DNA of 64,000 nt from an uncultured Alphaproteobacteria bacterium (GTDB taxonomy: Bacteria; Pseudomonadota; Alphaproteobacteria; RF32; CAG-239), in assembly GCA_944391335.1 (NCBI GenBank), contig CALXTF010000005.1, positions 7,076-71,075 of the forward strand, in the 5' to 3' direction. Positions within the stretch are counted from its first letter, which is position 1, and each line of letters opens with the position of its first letter. Below the pieces are notes generated by a model. The model did not search any database, was not told the DNA's origin, and saw only the letters and a program-made list of their open reading frames with translations. Position numbers and translations under genes: made by a program. Positions 55,164-64,000 of this stretch are shown piece by piece.

Positions 55164-55919
55164 ATGATTAAAGTGCAGGGACTAGTTAAAAATTATGGGC
55201 AGCATAAGGTATTAAAAAATATAACTTTTGATGCTCAAAAAGGCGAATTGATTACTTTACTTGGACCAAACGGAGCCGGTAAAACGACTTTAATGCGTGT
55301 TTTATCGGGAAATCTTTCCCCTGATGCCGGAAATGTAGAAATCTTCGGTAAAACTTATGACAAACAACGATTGGATATTTTAAAACATATAGGTTATATG
55401 CCCGAAAATACACCTCTATATAAAGAGTTTACCGTCTTTGAATATTTATATTTTGTCGGTCAAATGTTTTATTTAAAACGTAAAAAACTTCAAAGAGCAA
55501 TTGCTCAAGCTGCTTATGACCTTAAATTAATCCCCGTATTAAAACAAAAAATATCTACACTTTCTAAAGGGTATCTTCAACGAACCGGAATTGCCGCCGC
55601 TGTTATGCATAATCCTCAACTGCTTATCCTTGATGAACCAACAGAAGGTCTCGATCCTAATCAAAAAACCATCTTAAGACGTTATTTGCGAAAATACGCG
55701 CAAAACGCGTTAGTGTTGATTTCTACTCATTTATTGGAAGAAGCAGAAGTGCTTAATTCTAGAATGTTAATACTTGTCGATGGAAAAATCTGTCAGGATA
55801 CTACGGTTGATCAATTACGCACTCTTTCTCGTGACGGTACTCTAGCCGATGCTTTTTATCGTTTAACAATGGAAAATATAAATCAGGAGGCCGATAACAA
55901 TGTGGTTAGCTCTTTATAA
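55164..55919 (+). CDS. ABC transporter ATP-binding protein (ABC-2 / GldA-like)
   Basis: Walker A 'GPNGAGKTT', signature 'LSKGYLQR', Walker B 'LLILDEPTEGLD'. Confidence 0.9.
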   Translation: MIKVQGLVKNYGQHKVLKNITFDAQKGELITLLGPNGAGKTTLMRVLSGNLSPDAGNVEIFGKTYDKQRLDILKHIGYMPENTPLYKEFTVFEYLYFVGQMFYLKRKKLQRAIAQAAYDLKLIPVLKQKISTLSKGYLQRTGIAAAVMHNPQLLILDEPTEGLDPNQKTILRRYLRKYAQNALVLISTHLLEEAEVLNSRMLILVDGKICQDTTVDQLRTLSRDGTLADAFYRLTMENINQEADNNVVSSL

Positions 55920-56631
55920 AAAAGAATTAAAAGGTTTTTTTTATGGTTATTCCGCATATTTTATTCTTGCCATTTATTGGGCCTTATCTTTATTGTTAGC
56001 ATTTTTTTTCGGTTTATATTTCGTCGTTGATAATCCTTCCATGCGTTCTTATTTCGCTTTTCAGCCCCAAGTCTTGGTGATTGTTATACCTGCCATCACA
56101 ATGCGCTTATGGGCAGAAGAAAATAAAAATTCCACATTAGAATTGTTATTTTCTTTTCCAGTCAGTTCGGTTTCTCTTGTAAGTGCTAAATTCGCTGCAG
56201 CTATGACAATAGTTCTTTTAATGTTTCTTTTGGCTTTGCCTCTTACTTTTTCTACAATACAGATTATTGAGGCCGATACTTTAAATATTGTTTCTTCTTA
56301 TTGCGGAACATTCTTGGCGGCTCTTAGTTTAACAGCTTTAGGATGTGTCGTCTCAATTATAATACCGCAGCCTGTTTCGGCTTATTTGCTTAGTCTCTTG
56401 TTAGGGTGGGGATTAGTTAACTTAAATTTAAGTTTAAAGTTTCTTACATGGTTGGAATATATACCAAATACACCGTTTTATTTGGTCGAAGCTTTGAGCT
56501 TCTCTTCTCGCTATCAAAGTTTCTTAAACGGACAATTTACTCCGGATGCTGTCATTTATTTTATTTGTCTGACTGTTGAACTCTTATTTCTTAATTGGAT
56601 TATCGTCAATTTCGTAAGGAGCCGAAAATGA
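55900..56631 (+). CDS. ABC-2 type permease (GldF-like)
   Basis: 243 aa with about 6 TM helices. It overlaps the ATPase gene and is coupled (ATGA) to the GldG-like gene. Confidence 0.7.
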   Translation: MWLALYKKELKGFFYGYSAYFILAIYWALSLLLAFFFGLYFVVDNPSMRSYFAFQPQVLVIVIPAITMRLWAEENKNSTLELLFSFPVSSVSLVSAKFAAAMTIVLLMFLLALPLTFSTIQIIEADTLNIVSSYCGTFLAALSLTALGCVVSIIIPQPVSAYLLSLLLGWGLVNLNLSLKFLTWLEYIPNTPFYLVEALSFSSRYQSFLNGQFTPDAVIYFICLTVELLFLNWIIVNFVRSRK

Positions 56632-58418
56632 AACGTGTATCCCCAATTTTATTCATCGCTTTTTTGTTATTGTTATTGTTCGTTGTCGTTAATCTGACAA
56701 CATCTTGGATTTTCGGAAGTTTCCTAATTGACGCTACTTCTAATCAACGATACACCTTAAATAAACAAACTCATTCAATTGTAAAAAGTTTGCCTCAAAA
56801 GGTTAAATTGCGCCTTTACCTCAGTAATGATTTATCCGGTTATGACTGGAATATAGCCGCTTATGCCGCTGAAGTCGTTTCTTTTTTATCTCGTTATCAA
56901 CAATTACAGCCAAATAAAATAAATTTGCAGATATATCGTATTGAAAACGGCGGAGAAAAAGAAAAACAAGCCTTAAATAACGGTATACTCCCTTTATCAA
57001 CAGATGATCAAAATTATTATTTCGGTTTATCTATCTTAGCTGATGATGGAAGAAATTTTATTATTCCAAATTTCTTGCCTGAACGACGACAATTGTTAGA
57101 GACAGATTTATCTCGATTGTTGGCTGATTTAGCTATGCCTGAAAAATTAAAAGTCGGAATTTTTTCTCCTAATCTTCCTTTATCCGGAGATAAAACCCCT
57201 TTTAATGCTTTCCTTTCTCTTTTGTCACAAAATTATGATTTATTGCAAATATCTCCTAAAGATTTTTATATTCCTCAAAATATTGATGTTTTAATTCTTA
57301 TTAATCCCAGTCGATTGGAAACATTGTTTGCTTATGCCGTCGATCAATATTTAATGCGAGGGGGAAAAGTTATCTTTTTAATAGATCCTTATTCCGAATT
57401 ACGACATAAACAACAGGGATATCCGCCAAAACCGGATACGCATATGGAAGAATTTCTAAAAACTTGGGGAATTAAATATAATAGTAGAAAAATTACCGGC
57501 GATGAAATTAATGGAGAAAAAATTCGTGATAATAACGGACAAACAAAAACTTATCCTTTATGGTTTTGGACTAAAGACAATCAAGGTAAAAAACTGCATT
57601 TTTATACCCCAGGAAGCCTTGAGATAAATAATTATCCCGATTTAACATATGAACTACTTGTTTCAACACTTGATAAAAGTGGCGAAATAGGTGTTGAAAA
57701 AGTGCGTTATGCCCCTAAAACGAAAATTATTCAAAATTATGTTCAAGATAATAATCAAAGAATTTTGGCTTTGTTGGTTCAAGGTGAATTTCGTTCTCAT
57801 TTTCGGGGTAATCCTTTGGAAGGAACTCAATCCGTTAATAAAATTGCTCCTTTCCTACCGTGGTCTTCAAAAGATGCCGCTGTCGTCGTCATAGCCGATA
57901 GTGATTGGATTGGCGATAATTCTTGGGTCGCCTCATTTAATCAATTAAATCCCGTCTTTGGAACAAATATTTATGCGGATAATGCTTATTTCTTACTCAA
58001 TTTAATTGATCGTTTGGGAAAAAGACAACAAATACCTTTCCCGAACAATCATCTATATGGTGCAAAAACAAATATTGCGCAGGTTTTTTACCTTAAAAGC
58101 TTTCAAGCTTATGAAAAACAAAGAGAAAAACTGGAAGATCAAGAAAAATTATCTGCAGCTGTCTTATATAACTTGAAACAATTAAATGATAATAATAATA
58201 TTCATTATCAACAAGAAATCCAACAAGCTCAAGCGCAAAATCAACGTGATCAACAGGCTTTGAAAGCTGTTAATCGACAAATCGAGTATGATACAAATAA
58301 TTATCTTAAACATTTTATCTTATTTAATGTTTTAATATTTCCACTGCTTATTTTCTTATTCATCATACTTCTTGTATTCATTCTGCGAAAATTATTCTTA
58401 CTCAAAGTTGCAAAATAA
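56628..58418 (+). CDS. GldG-like ABC-transport auxiliary protein
   Basis: N- and C-terminal TM anchors flank a large extracytoplasmic domain. Gene order ATPase, ABC-2 permease, large auxiliary protein. The ATG at 56628 has AAGGAG upstream. Confidence 0.62.
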   Translation: MKRVSPILFIAFLLLLLFVVVNLTTSWIFGSFLIDATSNQRYTLNKQTHSIVKSLPQKVKLRLYLSNDLSGYDWNIAAYAAEVVSFLSRYQQLQPNKINLQIYRIENGGEKEKQALNNGILPLSTDDQNYYFGLSILADDGRNFIIPNFLPERRQLLETDLSRLLADLAMPEKLKVGIFSPNLPLSGDKTPFNAFLSLLSQNYDLLQISPKDFYIPQNIDVLILINPSRLETLFAYAVDQYLMRGGKVIFLIDPYSELRHKQQGYPPKPDTHMEEFLKTWGIKYNSRKITGDEINGEKIRDNNGQTKTYPLWFWTKDNQGKKLHFYTPGSLEINNYPDLTYELLVSTLDKSGEIGVEKVRYAPKTKIIQNYVQDNNQRILALLVQGEFRSHFRGNPLEGTQSVNKIAPFLPWSSKDAAVVVIADSDWIGDNSWVASFNQLNPVFGTNIYADNAYFLLNLIDRLGKRQQIPFPNNHLYGAKTNIAQVFYLKSFQAYEKQREKLEDQEKLSAAVLYNLKQLNDNNNIHYQQEIQQAQAQNQRDQQALKAVNRQIEYDTNNYLKHFILFNVLIFPLLIFLFIILLVFILRKLFLLKVAK

Positions 58419-58429
58419 GGAAATGACTT

Positions 58430-59257
58430 ATGAAAAAAATTATCTTAACCCTTATCTGTTCGTTGGTGATTGCAATTGCGGTGTTTATATCAATAGTGTT
58501 GTGGAAACCATATTATAATGTTCCAATTTACGAAGTCGGAAATTCAATTTTTCCACAAATACATTCAAGTCAAAAAATTTACATACAAACACCTTCTTAT
58601 CAAATGTGTTTAGATAAAAAAAATGATATATGGATGGCTAATGGTTATTATGCTGATTATCAAATGCTGCTTGAGTATTTATATAGATTGCAAACAGCGG
58701 AAATAGAAAAAAAAATAACTTGTTCTTCTGAAAATCAGGTCAAAATATCTGTATATGGTGATAAACATGATGAAACTTTCTTTATTTATGAAAATGATGA
58801 TTACTCTAAAAGTATTATAAAAATAAAAGAAAAATGTTTCTTAATTAATAAAAACATTCAACCTCCCGGAACTGTTTCTGATTATTTTTTACAGCCCTTG
58901 TTTCCCTTCAATGACGATAAAATTGAGATATTAAATAATTTTCATGGAAACATGGATTTCTTCTTTTCCCTCAAATATCAAGGAGCCGTTCATCAAAATA
59001 TTGATAAATCTTTATGTCGTTTCTTTACCATAATTTCTTCAAAAGGTCTGAAATTAAATTGTCATGTTTGTAAAGATAATAATCTTTATTTCATCAACAT
59101 TAATTTACAGACAACTGTTATGCCGACAACAGAAATTGCTCAGTTTGTTGCTCAAAATAAGTATCGTTATGATCCATGGTATTTTATTTTAAATGCAGAC
59201 GATGGTGCGTATTTGTATGAAAATTTATCAAACAATCAATCTAAATCGGCCTTGTAA
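58430..59257 (+). CDS. Hypothetical membrane-anchored protein. A DUF4340-like role is inferred from position only.
   Basis: N-terminal TM helix, 275 aa. It occupies the slot usually held by DUF4340 after GldG-like genes. I could not verify sequence similarity. Confidence 0.4.
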   Translation: MKKIILTLICSLVIAIAVFISIVLWKPYYNVPIYEVGNSIFPQIHSSQKIYIQTPSYQMCLDKKNDIWMANGYYADYQMLLEYLYRLQTAEIEKKITCSSENQVKISVYGDKHDETFFIYENDDYSKSIIKIKEKCFLINKNIQPPGTVSDYFLQPLFPFNDDKIEILNNFHGNMDFFFSLKYQGAVHQNIDKSLCRFFTIISSKGLKLNCHVCKDNNLYFININLQTTVMPTTEIAQFVAQNKYRYDPWYFILNADDGAYLYENLSNNQSKSAL

Positions 59258-59700
59258 GAACGAGCCATGTTGCGTATGCGGATATAATATTCATTCGTTA
59301 ATTGCATCATACATTCATTACGCAGATATAGCTGTGATGAACTGTAATTTTGCATAAGCAGTGAATAAAGAGAACAAAAACGAACCCGATAGCTGTTGAA
59401 TTGATCCTGCATATCTTTTAAATTACCACGAAACATACCATTACCGTTATTCCATTTTTGAACTTTAGCCTCTTTAAGAAAGACATTATTATAAAAATTG
59501 TTAATTTCTTGATCCAGACGTTTAATTTCCTTACCCATGCAAATTGCTGTTTCATTATCTGTATGTTGCGTGGCGGATTGAAGGCATTTGATATATTCAC
59601 TATCGGCATCATCAGAAATTGTTTGAGCGGCGGCAGAATGAAATAATAACAGGGTTAAGGTCATTGTAAGGAATAATTTATAAAACATTTTTTTCTCCAT
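59236..59700 (-). CDS. DUF1311 / LprI-like periplasmic protein
   Basis: Signal peptide. Cys-containing helical pattern 'C......T...M..C...E...LD.E(I)N..Y' and a later 'W...R...C'. Matches my recollection of the LprI family. Confidence 0.55.
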   Translation of the reverse strand: MEKKMFYKLFLTMTLTLLLFHSAAAQTISDDADSEYIKCLQSATQHTDNETAICMGKEIKRLDQEINNFYNNVFLKEAKVQKWNNGNGMFRGNLKDMQDQFNSYRVRFCSLYSLLMQNYSSSQLYLRNECMMQLTNEYYIRIRNMARSYKADLD

Positions 59701-59829
59701 AATATTTTTTTATTATTTTAGGGAGATGGGATAAAAAGTCAATTAGTGTTTTTTTGTTAGCAATATTTTTTATTTGGGCTTGATTTTTTATATTATGTGT
59801 ATTACATAATATGTATTAACGGAGCCGCT

Positions 59830-62152
<2,323 letters not shown>

Positions 62153-62239
62153 TCACTCATTTGTTTTTTTTAGTTAATATACTTATTTTTTTATATGATT
62201 TCCAGTATAAAAAGCGGCTTGTGAATGATTTACGGGTAA

Positions 62240-62290
62240 TAAAAAAAACCTTGAAATTTAAGCTTATAATTAAGCTAAATTTCAAGGTTA
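62240..62290 (-). terminator. Rho-independent terminator (minus strand) after the small membrane protein gene
   Basis: ~19-bp stem, 62248-62266 with 62271-62289 (one bulge), and a 4-nt loop. The A8 run at 62241-62248 reads as a T-run on the minus strand. Confidence 0.7.
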
Positions 62291-62294
62291 AAGT

Positions 62295-62537
62295 TTATTC
62301 CCATTTTTCTTTTTCGTCATTTGGGAATAGAATGCGTTTTACCTGTTTTTCCAAGCCTGCACGGACTATAATGCTGTGCAAGATAATTCCAAACAGACCG
62401 AAGATTACTCCACAGCTGACAGAAATAGCGAATATCATACAAGTATTGTAAAGACTTGTCATACCCTCAGCACCGGAAAAGAAAAACACGACACTTCCCA
62501 CTAATGTGAAAAATGTGAAAAAATTTTTTTTGCTCAT
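62295..62537 (-). CDS. Hypothetical small membrane protein (2 TM)
   Basis: 80 aa with two hydrophobic helices, followed by a strong terminator. I prefer it to the overlapping + strand ORF 62161..62451. Confidence 0.45.
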   Translation of the reverse strand: MSKKNFFTFFTLVGSVVFFFSGAEGMTSLYNTCMIFAISVSCGVIFGLFGIILHSIIVRAGLEKQVKRILFPNDEKEKWE

Positions 62538-62793
62538 AACTTATTATTTTAGTGATTTATATTTATAAAATTAATCTTATATAGATAAAATTATAACTCA
62601 TCACATAATAAAGTAATGAATAAATTTAATAATTAACATATCTATATAGAAACAAATTAATTATATTATGGAGCAAGTTATTTGTCAAGTTAATAAATAA
62701 GGTGTGATATTTTAGGAAAATTAATAAAATCAGCTTCTTCAATATTCTCGATATTTTGGTAAATTGAACCATCAAATATGGCAGGAATAAGAT

Positions 62794-63657
62794 TTATTTT
62801 TGGATAAAAATTAGAGGCAAAACAAAAACCATTGCCAAACCGCTAAAAAGAAGTTGGTTCTTAAAACTTTGCTCATGATATTTTATGGATGAAATAAGCA
62901 TAACTATTGGTGCCGCCATACGCATGAAAACTGCAACAAATGATACCGGTAATAAATTTGTTGATGAATAAATAATTAGAAATTCGGAAACAGTGTATAC
63001 AATGCCGGCTATTATAATGCTACGGTTCCTAAATATATTGTAATAGTCTTGTTTAGAAAGACCGTAAAACACACATACAACAAACATAGATATGGTTGAA
63101 AATAATAAATGCGGATACCAACCGATTTGAGGAATTGCTAAATGATCAAAAACACTAAATAATGCTCCGATACATATAATAATCACAAAATTAGTTTTAT
63201 CTTTTAAAGATAATCTTTTGGCATCACCTTGTACAATAAAAATTATTCCCAGACAGCCTAAGGCGCAGATGCAAATTAATTGTGAGACTAATAATCCTTC
63301 CTTAAAAAAAAGATTATTTATAAGTGATCCCAATGCCATGGCTATAAAACCAAAAAATACTGATGACGAGGTGCTTTCTTTATTAATAAGCTGCTGTAGT
63401 TTAATCATAAACCACAGCAGGATTCCTTTTAATAAACTAATGATTAAATAAGGGGATTTTATGATTGATTGAATGTTGTCAAGTAATAAATGACCAAAAA
63501 CAGGACAAGAAACAAGAAGTCCCGTAAGCAACCAAATAGAGGTAAACGCCGCGGATAATTCCGACGGAAAATATTTTATGCAGGGTTTATACAAAAATGG
63601 TCTTAAAACCATAAAAAACAGAATTAATAAGCCTATTGAAAGTTGAAATAACGACAT
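62794..63657 (-). CDS. Polytopic inner-membrane protein (possibly DMT/EamA-like)
   Basis: 287 aa with roughly 9-10 hydrophobic helices in two halves. The family call is tentative. Confidence 0.5.
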   Translation of the reverse strand: MSLFQLSIGLLILFFMVLRPFLYKPCIKYFPSELSAAFTSIWLLTGLLVSCPVFGHLLLDNIQSIIKSPYLIISLLKGILLWFMIKLQQLINKESTSSSVFFGFIAMALGSLINNLFFKEGLLVSQLICICALGCLGIIFIVQGDAKRLSLKDKTNFVIIICIGALFSVFDHLAIPQIGWYPHLLFSTISMFVVCVFYGLSKQDYYNIFRNRSIIIAGIVYTVSEFLIIYSSTNLLPVSFVAVFMRMAAPIVMLISSIKYHEQSFKNQLLFSGLAMVFVLPLIFIQK

Positions 63658-63789
63658 AAATTTATTCCTTTACTTAACAATATTGGTATTAAGTTAATTT
63701 CTAATTAAAATATAGCTTTACATTTTTGTATAAATTTGTTATAAAAAAATTGATATCTTATATTATTAATTTTATTAAACTCATAAATT

Positions 63790-64000
63790 ATGAAAAAAAT
63801 TTTTATTTATGGTGCCGGGCAATTAGGAATAAATGCCGTAGCGTACTTGGTCTCTTCTCAACTAGCGAATAAAGCAGAAGTGGTTTTGTATTCTCCACAT
63901 AATTTTAAAAGAGTGGAAGGAGCAATCGAAGATCTAAAAGATGCAAAATCCATGATCGGAGGAACATCCAGATGGCTGTATAGAGCGACAGGATGTGTTG
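63790..64000 (+). CDS. Rossmann-fold dehydrogenase, N-terminal fragment (lactate/malate dehydrogenase-like). It continues past the window end.
   Basis: Frame 1 is open from the ATG at 63790 to the window end. 'MKKIFIYGAGQLGINAVAYL' dinucleotide-binding motif and 'EVVLYS...GAIEDLKDA' resemble LDH/MDH N-termini. Confidence 0.45.
   Translation, partial: MKKIFIYGAGQLGINAVAYLVSSQLANKAEVVLYSPHNFKRVEGAIEDLKDAKSMIGGTSRWLYRATGCV

Noticed and set aside
62161-62451. A + strand 96-aa ORF overlapping the terminator hairpin and the minus-strand small membrane protein gene.
   Set aside because: The translation is Lys/Phe/Ile-rich low complexity and spans the 62248-62289 hairpin. The minus-strand ORF 62295..62537 has a coherent 2-TM profile and is followed by that terminator.
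62538-62793. A 256-nt, extremely AT-rich intergenic region, considered as a possible replication origin or ncRNA locus.
   Set aside because: I saw no DnaA-box-like TTATCCACA/TGTGGATAA motifs, no organised repeats beyond trivial TATATAGA similarity, and no stable GC-supported stems. This is probably just a promoter-containing spacer.

Overview
This is an AT-rich, gene-dense bacterial chromosomal window. I support about 70 CDS and found no rRNA, tRNA, CRISPR array, transposase or integrase. All assignments come from reading motifs in the supplied translations; no searches were run.

Lineage. The window looks like a reduced-genome alphaproteobacterium, possibly a Rickettsiales- or Holosporales-like symbiont. 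The evidence is a Cys-poor 'GYCEETGEPI' DksA, a DUF2155 protein after MlaD, rluD-rpoH synteny, and a long FtsZ ending in 'DIPSFLRRR'. No species call is possible.

Core content:
- murF (3' part), nrdR, nusB, def, fmt
- ffh, rpsP, rimM, trmD, rplS
- yacG, rng, maf, dksA
- a thinned dcw cluster (mraY-ftsW-murG-murB-ftsQ-ftsA-ftsZ)
- an RND efflux tripartite operon
- xseB-ispA, rluD-rpoH, ftsY, ligA
- two MlaD paralogs plus DUF2155
- a GldA/F/G-like ABC system

Most interesting region. At 35.6-42.8 kb on the minus strand, a VirD4/TraG-type type IV coupling protein closes a six-gene cluster. The other five products match nothing I recognise. Two adjacent ones share a paralogous N-terminal membrane domain. 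No mating-pair-formation or relaxase genes are in the window.

Second point. A 1193-aa pyruvate:ferredoxin oxidoreductase has codon usage visibly different from its neighbours, including rplS, which suggests horizontal acquisition.

Smaller oddities:
- a uridyltransferase-only GlmU
- a stand-alone degenerate GGDEF protein after rpoH
- an orphan type IV pilin with a duplicated Shine-Dalgarno 13-mer
- a near-consensus promoter plus GC-rich structured leader before ffh
- nrdR fused directly to nusB with no rib genes between them
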